DNA of 61,237 bases, counting the filler, from Sphacelaria rigidula (Eukaryota): the NCBI GenBank assembly GCA_964200075.2. It is 5 parts of 5 records of this genome, joined end to end, with 100 filler letters (N's around TTAATTAATTAA, not from the genome) between each part and the next. Parts side by side here need not be neighbours in the genome. Positions count along the whole stretch, not along the records: positions 12,270 to 24,437 come from CAXNAA020004056.1; positions 24,538 to 36,704 come from CAXNAA020004057.1; 3 more parts are not named here. The stretch is one strand, 5' to 3'. Positions 20,337-33,985 of the stretch are shown one piece after another. Positions within the stretch are counted from its first letter, which is position 1, and each line of letters opens with the position of its first letter. The notes under the pieces are model-generated. The model saw nothing but the letters and a program-made list of their open reading frames with translations. It made no database searches and was not told where the DNA came from. A program made the position numbers and the translations under genes.

Positions 20337-22265
20337 GGGGGGCGGCGTATCACTTTGTTGCTTGCCTTAGTCGTTTGACCATTGACCACGCATCCCTTTC
20401 GAGACGGAGCACCGTTCCTACTCTAACAGATACACCTTCAACATTCCGGCGCTCATTACCTTTCTTCCATACATTGCACAAAAACCTTGGATATATCTTA
20501 TCTCCGTCCTGTTTCGCCGTCTGTGGCCACCATCTATCTCCTCGTTCGACCATCGTTTTCTCTCTACTTTCTGATGCATCGAACGATTCCATGCCACCTT
20601 CGTTCACGTCCCGCCTTTCTCCCTCTAGCACATCTCGTTCCTCCTTGTATATTTTACATTCTGCAACTATATGACTTCTGCTCTCTTTTCCTTTGCCACA
20701 GAGGCAGTTCTGTCCATCTACTTTCTCCTCCTTTCAACTACGTACTGTACTGGTGAATCTCTTTCTTCTTTCTGGCAGGTTCAGGTCCCCCACCCGAAAT
20801 CGCAGTTTCATATTTTTCGCCGCGCCCATGGGGCCAAGCAGGTATGTTTTCATCCCGATCCCCTCTCTCAACCCCCCGTATATCTTCAGGTGTTCTTCCT
20901 CGTCCTGTGTGTCTGAGCGCTCATTTTCCCCTTATTTCTATCATGACCCTTCCTTTTGTCTTGTACCCCGCGCCTTCATGGATAGTATTTCGTCTTGGTC
21001 TCCTCATATCTCGTTCCATATTTTCTCGACTTCTCTATCCCACCTTATAGCATGCCCTTTCGTACTTTTCTTCCATGCAGCCTCAAACTATTTAGCTGGC
21101 AATCTCTTTCTCTGAATGTTCTTTACGCTGTGTTGCCATCTCAATTTCCTCACGTCTCTGTTTTGAGTGAGTACATTCCCAACTCTGCTCTCAGTGCTGT
21201 ATTACTCGTCGTTTTCGAACATCCAAGTATCTTCTTAGCTGCTGCCGTCTGTACTATTTCTAACCTCTCCACCAACTTCACGTTCCCCTCCCGTACTTCT
21301 CCTGCATATTCCAGCTTTGGTACGATCACGTTCATCAGAATACATCGCTCAATCCTGGTGTCTAGGTGCGGGTCTCTGAGGATCACCCTCCATTCGTCCT
21401 ATCTGTGCCTTACCCTTTTTTATTACTTTACTCATGTGTGCATCCCAAGAACTGTGTTTTGATATCTTTACGCCAAGATATGTATAATGGTCCACGACCG
21501 GTAGTTCCTTTTCTCCCCACTCCCACTTGAACTCTACCGGATTTTCCTCATCTTCATTACAGACGAGTACCGCGCATTTGTTGACATTCGCTGTCACTCT
21601 CCATTTCCTTGAGTATTCTAGCGCCTTGTCTATCCATTTTTGCAATCCTGCCGCTGTTCCTGAAATCCCCACAAAATCATCTGCGAACATCAAACCCGAT
21701 ATCACATCTTCACCCACCTTGGCTCCTTGATTTGCTGGTTCTATTGCTAGTATCAAGTCATAAATGGTTACCTTGACTAAAGTGGGTGATGACGTACATC
21801 CTTGTGCAACTCCTTGTAAAATATCATAATATTAGGATATTAATCCGTCTAGCATCATGGCACTCTTGGGATATTCTGTCATCTTCTTCACCATTCTCAA
21901 CATCTTTCCTCTGATCCCAGTTTCGTACAACTTTTCCACCGTCCATTTCTCCACACTGTGTCATAGGCCTTTTGCACGTCCAGAAAGGAACAGTAAGTTG
22001 TCAACCCGGCGTCTTTCCTACCTTGAAAAATCTTTCCTAGTGTGTACACATGATCTACGCAACTACGGTTTGGTCTGAAACCTGCTTGTCCCTCGCTGAT
22101 TTTTTTGTCCTTTTCTAGCATCGTTCCTACTCGATCATTCAGAATCTTGCAGTATGTTTTCCCTACCGTGCTGAGTAGCGTTATCCCTCTATAGTTCCCT
22201 GGGTCAGCGTTGTCTCCCTTTTAAAAAATATATTGACTACTACTCCTTCTTTCCACCTCTTGGGT
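20337..22265 (-). mobile_element. Degenerate, 5'-truncated non-LTR retrotransposon (RTE-like reverse transcriptase)
   Basis: RT motifs in broken frames: NYRGITLL, QAGFRPNRSCVDH, FLDVQKAYDTVWR, GVAQGC, LMFADDFV, YTYLGV, PKLEYAGEV. Confidence 0.9.
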
Positions 22266-22521
22266 GCCGGGGGAGGGGGACCATATCTGTATCGCCGTGC
22301 CCTCAAGTGAAAATACGACGAGCGGTATATTACGACACGATCTTTGTATTCAGGCATGCTCTATGCTATCTAGATAAAAAAAATACCGAAAGTAAAGCAT
22401 CGTCCGCCCCAATCCGCGGACCGTGCCCACTGCGTACACACTGCATACCCGAAGGGGACCGAACAATATCATCGCAGGGCGTGCGTATACCTCTGAAATG
22501 ATCAGTATGGTATACCGCCGC

Positions 22522-22590
22522 GCCCCGGTGGTGTTATGGTCCGGCTGTCGCCATCAGGTTGGAGAGAACAAGGGTTCGATTCCCGATGCG
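22522..22590 (+). mobile_element. tRNA-derived SINE head
   Basis: A-box TGGTGTTATGG and B-box GGTTCGATTCC without a convincing cloverleaf. Confidence 0.5.
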
Positions 22591-23394
22591 TTAGTGTTTT
22601 TCTTCGTAATATCTGATGGCCACCGTGGAAAGCGTGAGAACGTGAGTAAACAAAGTAGTCGACTGAGTTCTTTTGACGCGAGCTGACGCGGTGCGGGAGT
22701 GCTGGTCATGATCCAATCCCCGAGACCAAAATACAAGGCGTGTACCAGGGGAGAGATGGGGTAACCCCTTGACGCCACGAATTCATCCCGAGGAAGGGGA
22801 GGGGTTCAAAGTGCGACAAACAAAGAAGAAATTAATACATAATGGCACCAACCCTTTTGGAACCGTTGATGGAAACGTGACGATTTACAGCTGAGGTCTT
22901 CTTGGGCAAGACATGGTTGTTTTTCTGCAACTGTTGATTACGGACCCCACCAAAACGGTGCACCACTCCAAGTTCAAGTGTACTAACGTGACAGATTCGT
23001 GCACCGAACTCGAAGTGACATTTCCCGGCCAAGAAAGCTCGCATATGGGAATTAGTTTTTGAATCTTCACTTTTCCATTAACGGTTCCACAAGGGTTAAG
23101 TGGTACTGTACACAAACGGCTAAACAGGGCAGAGGATCGCCGGTTCGAATCTCTGTGGTAGGTTTGGTATTCTTCAGCCAGTAACTAGTTTTGCGTCGTT
23201 GAAAACATGAGGAGGCGAGCAGCAGGGGACGTTCAACGACAGTCGCCAGGGTGAACAATTTGTCGATTCAATATATTTTTCGTCTCGTTACTTTGAACTC
23301 CTTCCATTCCTGGATACGAGTCTATTTCACAAGGGATCAAGGGTCGGACAAATCAATGATTCGTGTGGATATTTCTTGGTTTTAGAGTAATTGA

Positions 23395-23625
23395 TTCGAA
23401 TCATGCGCATCAATCCCTAGGCTTTGTTTTCAGCGTTGCAACCCAGGTACACGCAGCCCAGACGCATCGAATGGCGCAAAGGTTGCGTGGATACCCCTTG
23501 GACCAGCGGTCAACGTTTTTCTCCCTTTTGGGCAATCAGGCCGGAGAAATCGTGGATTTGGTGATTCGAACAGCTGATGATTCGTCCTAACCGTGCAAGG
23601 GATCAACCCGTCTCTCCCCCAGTGC
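23395..23625. repeat. Dispersed repeat, second copy at ~35985-36200
   Basis: Shared atccctaggcttt...gtacacgcagcccagac...ttgcgtggatacccc...gggcaatcaggccggagaaatcgtg. Confidence 0.85.
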
Positions 23626-23784
23626 ACGCCTTACATTCTGCATCATGATCAGCACCCCCGTACTGCGTCGACTGCCGTCCAACAACCTCAGCCAAAATAT
23701 AACTTTTTTTTGCCGCTCACGTATGTCCTCACGCTTCCAACGAGGGAGATCATATACTGTTCTGAGCAAAACGCCACACTAGAC

Positions 23785-23856
23785 GGATCTGACGGGAATC
23801 GAATCCTTGCTTTTCCCGCGTTCATGGTGTAAGTTGAACTATTGCACCACCGGGAC
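23785..23856 (-). mobile_element. tRNA-derived SINE head
   Basis: Minus strand gtcccggTGGTGCAATAG...GATTCGATTCCcgtc resembles the 22522 copy. Confidence 0.45.
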
Positions 23857-24391
23857 GAGGCGTTCTGATCTTGAAGATAAAAAAAAAATGTAAGGCAGGT
23901 AAAGTGCCGAGGTAGAGATGGTTTGATCCCTAAGGTCACTCACTCGTCCCGAGTAAGAGGAGGGGATGAATGTAAAAATTACAGAGAAGGAAAAAGGAAA
24001 AATGGGATTGTGTGCATTGACAGACACAAACAACAGGTGGCACAAAAAATTCGACTTAGCGGCCGACGAAGGAAAGGGACTGGTGGACTCCTCTCGCGAT
24101 AAAAAAAAAGGCAAGCACCGCAGAAGGAAGGTGGAGTACTAAAAAACAAACAAAAAAGAAAAAATTCTTGTGTTGACTCTCCTCCTGTGTGACCCCGGCT
24201 GGTGCGCCCACATATACCGAAAGGTGCAGACTGGCGTCCAGAGTAGATGGGACGACAACACCCCCCCCCACATACACACAAACTTGGAACATAGTCTACA
24301 TACACTTGCTACTCGCCCAGATAGCTAGACATGACTTGTCAGAATTGATGTATTCTGAAAAGTGACTTCCATGTGTTTGCAAGGTGTGTGT

Positions 24392-24422
<31 letters not shown>

Positions 24423-24437
24423 GGGGGGTGTGTGGAT

Positions 24438-24537
24438 NNNNNNNNNNNNNNNNNNNNNNNNNNNNNNNNNNNNNNNNNNNNTTAATTAATTAANNNNNNN
24501 NNNNNNNNNNNNNNNNNNNNNNNNNNNNNNNNNNNNN
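24438..24537. other. Artificial contig linker
   Basis: N + TTAATTAATTAA + N, 100 nt. Confidence 0.98.
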
Positions 24538-24799
24538 AATGGTCTTATGACTATGGCATGCATGATCATGAGTACACCCCCCCCCCCACCCTTTCGGGCA
24601 TGATCGAGGTGTTGTTCCTCGCGCTGGCGAAGCCCGAGGGGGGGTGGGGGCTTAGCGCAAGACATGGGATCCGTGCGCTGCCACGTTTTTCTTTGTGGTG
24701 TAAAGTGACAAGAGTGCTCACCCCACTTACTTCTCTCTATTCTTCGACGTACTGAATATGACGCGTTACGGGTTCACCTCCACAGGTTACTTCTTCCGA

Positions 24800-27700
24800 A
24801 TAAGAGCTTGTCCTCGATACTTCTACTACAAATAGTTCGCAAGTCGGGTTGCCCACTTGATCCTTATGTCGGAGTTAAACCTTAATTCGCACAACTTACT
24901 GTTATATGGATTTATCTCGGGAGCGAGTTTCTTCAGGAGAAACAAGAGCACGTTATCTTTCGAAGGGTAATCGAGACTTCGGCTTTCACCGGAGGCGCCG
25001 TGAGTACGGTTCGTGTCCAACAGTCCCTCAAAAATCGGAGTTGTTGACACCGACCACCTCACCAGACAAGAAGACTCGGCAACTTTGGACCTCTTCCGTG
25101 CTGTCAGGCCAAGCGCGCTCGGTGACGACTCGACGGGGAGGTTGTCTGATCGGAGCGAACTGGCAGCATCCAACGAGGTGTGGACAAGCCTTGAAGTGGT
25201 GTGGGAGGACGATGCTACGTTGCAGTGGCTGCTGCATCTAACGGAGGACGTAAGCTCAGAAGGTTTCGCTAGCAAGCTAGTCCCGGGCTACGTGCGATCG
25301 ACGATAGCATGGGCAGCCGCCTGCGTCACGGTTCGAAAGAAGGACGGACGGTAGTTTACGACTATGTCAAGATTATAGTGGACCAATTTCTCGAGTCATA
25401 CAGCGGCAGTTTGAGGGATATGCAGACCATGTATAGTGGGCTACGAGAATCCAAGTACTTTACGAGTGTTGATTTAGCGAATGGATTCTTCCAGTTGGAG
25501 GTGGAGGGAGTATTTCGGCACCCAAAGAGTTCGTGGAAGAGATACGTTGATGTGGACTGGAAGGCGTGGGATTGTGTCGGAGTAAACCAGATTGGAAAGG
25601 GAGTCAGGCTGGTACATAGGAGTTCGGGGCGTGGTGTTTCCCACAACCTTGTGGAAGAAGTGCAACCACAAGTGTTGATAGGGGATACAAGTCGGGTTGC
25701 ACCAATCGAATGGGCCGGGCCGGAGTCGGCATTAGCCAGCGTCGCCAAAAAGTTGGACGAGTCATTCTTTTCATCAACCTCTGTGACAACGCTGATCTTG
25801 GAGAGTACTGCTGTGATGGTGTGCTCTCCTGGTGGGAACGAGCTCGTTGCCCCGTGTTAAGCGGAGCTGGGTGTCTCACTGAGCAGGCCTCAGTCTCAGC
25901 CGTGCAGGTGGGCGCACCGTATCGGAAGAGACGGACCTATGTGGTCGCTTGAAAGCTGATCGTCGGAGGGAAGGACAACTGCGAGCGTGGAAGCAGCGGG
26001 TGGAAGCATACACCGTTGCCTGCCTCACGTTGGGTTCGCGATTGGGGCAGACAGGTATTTATTTTTCTGGTGCCGACAGGACAGGGCAAGGTGATTCACA
26101 CTTCCGAGAATCCGATGCCCAGAGTATCTCGTTCTCAGCTGACAAAAGGGAAACCAAGGCGCAAGGAATTCAGACCCCATGGGGCGGACGCAGGTGGATA
26201 GGAAGAAGCAGTCGAGCTGGAAAGAGACGATTTCGTGAAGGTTGCAACTACTTTCGACTGTTACGAGACACCATCCTGGTAAATAACGACGCCATGCCAT
26301 AGATTGTGGCTAACTTCGTTCACCCATGGATGATGAAGGTGCTTCTATCAAGTGGAGGAGGAAGGTTTGTTTAGCCTGGCTCGTATCCAGGGTGAGGATG
26401 AGGATTTGAGCGCTCTTGCTACGATGTGACCTCGTGACGAAGCAGAGTTACCAGAGGCTTGGGGAGCCGCTGAAACTCGTTCGTCGGTTCAAGAGGCATA
26501 GCGGAAGTCAGACCAAGACCCTGGTTGGGGGTAGGCTCCAACTGAGGAGCCACGGATACCAGGTATAGGTAGCCCTCAGACCGTTCTCGCGCAGGCGAGA
26601 GCGATTCTGATGAACAAGCCGCGACTAGTTTTGCTGCAAGAGCGGGACTCCCGGCTTGGGCCCATCAGGGATAGGTTAATGTACGAGAATAAGGACGAAG
26701 GAGCAGGTAAGAGGCAGCAAGCGTACGCCCCAAAATGATGATGATGTTCTGTGGTATACCTCACCTAAGGCTCCAGGAAAGTTAGCTATTCCACGCAGTC
26801 TAGTGCCTGGCCTGCTGGCGTTGGTGCACACTACGCATGGGCACGCCGGAGTTGTGAAAACGACTGTAGTGGTCAACGCACGCTATGAGTGACCCGGTCT
26901 TTTCGCCGACACTCGCAAATACGTGCTGCCTTGTGGATGTCGCCGACGCAAACGTACTAATAGTCACACCATAACGATGCGACCCGCCCGCTTCTTGCAG
27001 TTCTGGGAGATGATGTAGATGGACATATCGGACATATGAAGCAAATTTCTACTCCTGGTAATAGGTACTTGTTGGTTGTTATGGATCGAGCGACCAAGTT
27101 CTCTTTGCTCTCCCACTAGCAGCCAAGGTCACTGAGCACGTAGTGAAGGATCTGCTGAAATTGTTCTTGACGCTCGAAACGCCCTATTTCCTTTAAAGTG
27201 ACGCTGGGGGGGAGTTCACGTCGGAAGTAGTAAACCCTGTATGCCATGTGGATGAAGGTGACACTTAATCATGGTCCCGCAGATCACCCTTGCGATCAGG
27301 GCGCGGTGGAATGATACGCAGAGTGGTTGCATGGCGTTTTAGCCGAGCTATGTAAGCAGTGGCTGGAATGGTGGGACGAGTATGTGGATCCTGGTGTATG
27401 GATTTATCATACTTCTTCCGACCAGTCACTGCCGCATAACCCAACGTGGTTAATGCTGCTTCTGAGCGCGAGCCTCGCACCCAAGTCGACTCTGTGTCAC
27501 CTGAAGCAGAATCCCTACCGTTGAATAACACGGTAGAGCAACAGCGACAGAATTAAAGGAGGTTCATGAGCTGTTAATCCAACGCCACCGGCGTAGGAAA
27601 GAGGTGAGATCAGCTAGAAATGCCGAGAAAACTCGCCAGCCGGCAGGACCGCGAGCTAAGGTATAATATATTATGCCAGTCAAAGAGTCGATACCTCCCT

Positions 27701-29450
27701 TCTGAACGAAGATGTACCGCCCACAATCAGTACACCACTTGTGGACGGGGCCGGGGACGGTGCAGCAGGTGGTGATACCAGGTCTCAATCTTGAGGTCAA
27801 CATGCAGATGCGTTAAGTACAAGAGCGAACGGTGTTCGCAGCCAACGTGGAGAAATTTCATGCGCGCCCAGAACAGCTGCATCACTCATTTCTAGACGAG
27901 GTGTCTGAGTTAGATTGGGAGGCGGATTTAGGGTTGGTTGAGGACATCACATCTACACCTCTACTATATACTCCAACGGATAACAAAGTAGTGCTGGGCC
28001 CAGGATCGTCGTGAGTGTGGGAACATCAACCGTTGTTTCACGACGGAGCTAAGCCACACTGGCTTTCAGAGAAGAGGCTTTGGACAGTTTCACTGGGTTA
28101 CAGTTGGACGTGTTTCATGCCTTGTGGGAATTATATCACCCGCAGACCAGGCCACGTTCATCTGATACACCATATCGAGCAGAAAGGGACTCAACTGCGC
28201 GGCAGATGATTCCAAGATCCGTAAACGATTTACGGACAGCTCAGAGCGGTCAACAGGAACTTCTCCGGACGGGATGGGATCGTTTCTGTACGGTGTTTTT
28301 CAATTTCCGACGTGGTCTGACCCGGCGGAGCGGTCAACAGGATCAAGAACTTCACCGGACGAGATGAGATCGTTTCTGTACGGTGTTTAAATCCGTACGT
28401 GGTCTGACCCAGCAGAGCGGTCAACAAGATCAAGGACTTCTCCGGACTAGATGGGATCGTTTCTGTACGGTGTTTGAATTTCCTACGTGGTCTCCCCCGG
28501 CAGAGCGGTCAGTAAGATGAAGGACTTCTCCGGACTAGATGGGATCGTTTCTGTACGGTGTTTGAATTTCCTACGTGGTCTCCCCCGACAGAGTGGTCAA
28601 CAAAATCAAGGACTTCTCCGGACTGGATGGAATCGTTTCTGTACGGTGCTCAAAGTCCCTACGTGATCTAACCCGGCGGAGCGGTCAACAAGATCAAGGA
28701 AACCGGTCAACAAGATCAAGGACTTTTTCGGACTGGGTGGGATCATTTCTGTACGGTGTTCAAATTCCCCACGTGGTCTAACCCGGCAGAGAAGTCTACA
28801 ATAGCGAGAGTTGCCGAGATGGTTCGAGATCGTCCTGCACGGTGATTCAATTCCCCACGTGGTCTAACCCGGCAGAGCGGTCACCAAGATCGACGGCTAT
28901 ACGAGGCAACGCCGATTACTGGGGAACAGAATCACGGTGACGCGGCGACTCACCATCGAACCACGTTCAGTCCCACGGTTTTTCAACCCTAGACCTGAGG
29001 GGGGGTGTTATGGATTGCGGCGTAATGGTGGGAGGGTTGTACAAGGATGAGCCCAGCTATTCGACTGACGGGCTCGGAGGGCTAGTTAATGTGACCTACG
29101 GGTATTCCAACTAGAGGAGAGGGAGTGGCGCCCGTTGTAACGGTTACAGACACGCCTCCGTGAGCGCCGTGGTTGCATTACCCAGTGCGACCCTTGGTTT
29201 TCCTCTCGTCACGTGCACAAGAACCAGCTAAGAGCTCATGTGAATCTACATCTATTCACGAGGCTTTCAGAACCACCACCACGAAAGAGAAACTGCATCG
29301 CTTCTGGAGCTGTGATCAAGGTCCTTGCCGTTCCATGTGAACTGTACTGCGTTGGACGTATTCCCTCGTGCTATGCTTTTGCTGGTTGGTTGCTGAACAC
29401 GGTGAGACAATACAGTACGGATTCTATGAACCATAATCGGTACGTCAGCA
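24800..29450 (+). mobile_element. Degenerate Ty3/Gypsy LTR retrotransposon (RT-RNaseH-integrase, possible chromodomain, 3' LTR)
   Basis: VRKKDGR and YFTSVDLANGFFQL (RT); HTTHGHAGVVKT...CGC (integrase HHCC); GNRYLLVVMDRATKF and SDAGGEFTS (integrase core). Polypurine tract gaggggggg (28997-29005) is followed by TGTTA at 29006 (LTR start). Outer limits are approximate. Confidence 0.85.
28243..28891 (+). repeat. 88-bp tandem array (~7 copies) in the 3' UTR of the Gypsy element
   Basis: ggacttctccggac recurs at 28434, 28522 and 28610; unit core gatgggatcgtttctgtacggtg...cgtggtct..ccggcagagcggtcaacaagatc. Confidence 0.93.
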
Positions 29451-29691
29451 TGTGAAATATGTCGTCATGATAGTATGATAAGGAATTTCAGTGCACAAAC
29501 AGATGATGTACTTGCGGCATGTTACGGCACAGTCAACATGGTATATATTAGTCATCACGTATTTGTATGCGCATGAATTGACTCAACTGGATGCTTGTTC
29601 GAGTCCACGGGACGTCGCCTTCCTGTAAGCCAGTAGTGATGCCTAATGCTGAAAGCTCCACCATTATACCGTTTGGTTGTAACATTATAAG

Positions 29692-30290
29692 GGAGGCGTA
29701 CTCATTTTTTGCTTGCCTTAGTCGTTTGACCATTGACCACGCATCCCTTTCGAGACGGAGCAATTATAGGGGGGGCGTACTCATTTGTTTCGAGCATCCA
29801 AGTAATTCCCTTACCTGCTGTAATCTGTGCTGTTTCTAACTCCTTCACCAACTTCACTACATCTAATTATTATCTGAGCTGTTGCAATCTGTACTGTTTG
29901 CAACTTGTTCACTAATATTATTGCATCCAGGTATTATTTTAGCTGCTGCCATTTGCACCGTTTCCGCATCAAATTATTCTCATAGCTGCTGCCAGCTGTA
30001 CTGTTTCCAATTTCTTCATCAACTTCACCCCTTGCATTGCTGTGTCTAATGTTAGTATCAGGTCATCAAAGAATACCTCGAGTAGAGAGGGTGAAAATGT
30101 ATATCCTGGTGCGACTCCTTGCAAAATATCAAAATATTTCGATATTTCCCCGTCTAGCCCCATCGCACTTTTGGCACATTTCTATTATCTTTACCATCGT
30201 CCACATCTTTCCCTTGATCCCAGTTCCCCATATATTCCCCCACAACCTATTTCTCCATACTGCGGCATGAGCCTTTTGCACCTGCATCAC
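29692..30290 (-). mobile_element. Fragmented copy of the RTE-like LINE
   Basis: Same 3' terminal motif; DILQGVAPG, VWRNRLW and LETVQLAAA remnants. Confidence 0.8.
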
Positions 30291-33200
30291 CCCCACAGTT
30301 TCTTCGACCCCACCATCGCACTCAAAGCACCCCGCTCCCCCACGTAGTGATGCTTTGAAGCGTTTGCTCATAGGTGCTACTTCCGGGAAAGGCTAGAGCA
30401 GTGCCAGGCCAAAGCGCTAAGTGCATGATGACGGGAATCGCTGTCGGCGAGTACGATACGAAGATGGGGACTGGAAAAGGCTATCTCGCCGCGAACCCGA
30501 GCGCCCTAAGCTTGAACGGAGAAACCAAAGATAGACTGCAGCTATCGACGTTCACGAGTAGCTGTTGTGTAATGTGGTATATGATATAATTGCGGAAGGA
30601 ATGCGGTGATGAAATGAGTGAATAATTAGCTATACACTTCTGGTACCGTACGTTTCAGTCATGAATTTCGGGTGTTCCTGTCTTTTTCTTTTGTCACTTT
30701 GTTATTAACTGCTCCCCATTTGGTAACATACGGGTACGTGTGTGAGCCAGGGTGCGTGAGCTCTATTTCCAGTAAAATAGGCGTCACTAGTTACGGAAGA
30801 GCACCCCTCAAATGCTGCACTCCTGTAACTATTGATCAGTTCGTGGAAAGCTTGTTTTTAGCGAGGTTCAGGCCCCGCACTACCCCAGAATCCAGTGTAA
30901 CTGATCCGGGGTGTCGACGCGCGATTAAGCTAACTAGCCGATCATTCTCCAGTCGAACTGAGATCCCGGGAAAACGACAGCGACTGTACTCGTCTGCTGT
31001 TTCCGTCGTCGGAAAGGGCGTTATAAATTTTTTTCCTTTCCTGACGGATAGAGTTTTCCCCTGCTTATCAGGGTTTACCTATTCATTAGATCTGCAACGA
31101 GTTTTCCCCTGCACTGTAATTCAACATGTTTTTCTCGTTTGAACTTGAGGCGTATGATGCACAGGCTTTGTTTTAGTTCCGGGCCTTTCAGCCCCCCAAT
31201 AATGCTTTGTTTAGCCCAATAAATAAGGCTAGGGGGATGTTACAGATTTTTTTTCTTTCTAGTCGACAAGGTTCCATGTGTCATACTTTGTCATGTTTGG
31301 TACCTGATGGATCATACTACATTGTTTAAAATAATTGGGCTGTCTGCCCTCATGTGTTACAACGTTTTGGACTAGCATCTCAACTAGCAAAGCAGACGTT
31401 AGCCTGTTCGCCGATAATACAAGAGCATCCACGCCATCACGGACTGCGGTATCAGAGGAACTTCTGGCATTTTCACAATGAAAGCCTGATCTCCATGCAA
31501 CATTTGTTGTTCTGGCGTCTGAGCGGCTCACGGGTATGCCGCCCGACGCCGCGGATGTGGATTGAGTCCGCACTTGGTGAACTCGAACTGGACGGATCGA
31601 TACCCTTGAGTGCGTTCGGGCGCGACGGCCCAGGTGCCCACGAACTGGCACCTTACATTCCCAGACGGTAAGTATCGAGCCGCGACACATGCGCGCCGCA
31701 AAGCTGATACCGAAGAGAATTTGCCGTATACAACAAGAGGGGAAGAGGCGACCCACCTGGACCACAAAGGGCTGTGTGGCAAGGTGATGGGGACAAAAGT
31801 ATCATCCAAAGTCACAAGTGCCGGGCGGCCCGCCGGTCACCGCATCCTGTTGGAAGCTCTCTACCACGACCCATACCGCTTGCTACATCAGATGTACAGT
31901 ACACCCTGCACCGGAAAATAGATTGGATGAAACTTTTGATTCTCGTCATAACCCTGCGGTTACATACGCGGATTTTTCAGCGACACGCCACTGTTTCGTG
32001 CAGACGCCAGACACGTCATTCCTGACCAGCCTCATTGGTCGTTCTAGAGGCCCGGTGCCAAAAGGATTCATCAAACAGTATTGCGCCGGAAGAAAAAAAA
32101 ACATGATTCGGAACAGAATCCGACATCTTTTCGCCCCGATACGCACGCACCCACAACGCAACCCCAGATTTAGCAACATGGGTTTGTTGCCTACAGTCTA
32201 CATGACATGCGGACGAAGTTTCAGCGACTAAAAGTACTAAAAGCGTGTGTACGGTCGTGCCTCCTGAAGTGAGGACCTGTTACGGCGGGTACGGACTGTA
32301 GATGTAATAGGCGTTTCGACGCGTGGCAAGTGCAGAAGGTCTTATTCCATTCGCATGTTGGTGTTGTATTCCTATTGGGCGTCCTTCACCGGAGCCCCTC
32401 GCCCCTCACAACTTCCGTCACCCAGAAATTTCAGTTGTAGCTAACCAGTAGCCAAGCCGAATGACAAAGCTATCAGCCACCACGTGTAGACATCTCGCTT
32501 GCAAGCAAGTCAAGAGAACCTCTCTGCACACAAAGGTGAGTCCCTGCTTGGCCTTACGATGCAGTGCTGATCGGACTCGAGGGTCCGTTACTCACGACTT
32601 CGAGGGTAATTCCTCTCGATTGCAATCGTTCAGTGCAGCCAGCCGCTAGCTTCGTGCTACCCTTTGCCTAGTATGTTCTTTGAGAATAACACCGGTATCA
32701 CCTCGTGATCAGACCACGACATGGTGACCAATCGAGAAAATAGACAGTACTGCATAGTCACATCGCCGTAGAGCTGCACTACTTCGCGGATTGTCTGCGT
32801 ACGGGATAGCGTAACAGTTTGCCTTCTGTACGGCTTCCGGCGGACGGATAACCGATCGCGTGACAAAGTTTCAATTTTCATTTTTTTATTTTTTTTGTGA
32901 CAGATCAGAGCTGTAACACGCAGCTGTCTCATGTGCTCGGTGCCCCCCGCACCAAAGCGGCACTGGAAGTATATCCTGTTGTGCACCCTGCCACACGGCC
33001 CTGCGTGTTCATATTGTAGTCGCCCACATGCACCATCATTACAACAGAGTGCTACAGGTGGCATGCGGTCGCCTGTACATGAGCTTGTACTGGAGCGAAT
33101 TTTGAAATTGTTCACGCCTCTCAGTGCAGTACACATTCTTTCATAAGAGGTCTGGATGTTACTGTACAGTACAACGTGCGCTTTGTATACTAAGTGCTTT

Positions 33201-33869
33201 GTAGGTTGCAGGTAAGTGCTGTTGTCCCACTACTAGAGAGTGAAGTGATGTGGCCCGAGACGGTAACCGGCGAACAGGCGTGCGCAGAGTGCACATAGCC
33301 AGCAGGGGGGTGATATCCACCTGGAGGTAGGTATATATACAGGCTGTTGATTGCTTGCGAACAGTTATATATTGGGAGACCGCACTCCGCGTGCAATGTG
33401 CGCGGCTCAGATGTGTCTTTCATGTCACGCTCCTATCGGATCTGGTGCAGCGGTACCTACCCATGTTAGGCAGGTACGTGTTCGCATGGTGTTTGCACTG
33501 TGTTAGCCAGGTACGTGATGGCACTGTGTTTGCACTGTACTGCATGCGGGGGCAGCGTGTTTACGCTGTCTGCAATTTCGTACCAAAGAACCCTGAGCGC
33601 ACAAACAGGACTGCTCGAGCAGTTGTTCGGGTCATTCTGTGTGAGTCCGAATGAAATTCTGACCAACATACGGCGCATCTATGCTGGAGTCATCCTGGGG
33701 GTGAAACATGTTCAACGCCCGGCAAATGACGAATGGCCCCTAGTATGATTGATGTGCGGCATTGTGAAAAGTCATTGCGCGGGTCAAGTCGTTTGGATTC
33801 GCTTCCGCTCCACGCCAAAACATGTCGCCACTACATCGGGATCTTCTTATCGGCCTACCTTTCGACACA

Positions 33870-33985
33870 TCATATCGTCACTTCACTACATGGGATCGTC
33901 ACTTCACTACATGGGGCAACCTATCGTCACTACATGGGGCAACATATCGTCACTTCACGAGGCAACATATCGCCACTACACTACG
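33870..33985 (+). repeat. Minisatellite (atcgtcacttcactacatggg variants)
   Basis: About five 19-27-nt imperfect copies. Confidence 0.75.

Noticed and set aside
28243-28891. CRISPR array
   Set aside because: Contiguous tandem units without unique spacers, inside a retrotransposon; no cas genes.
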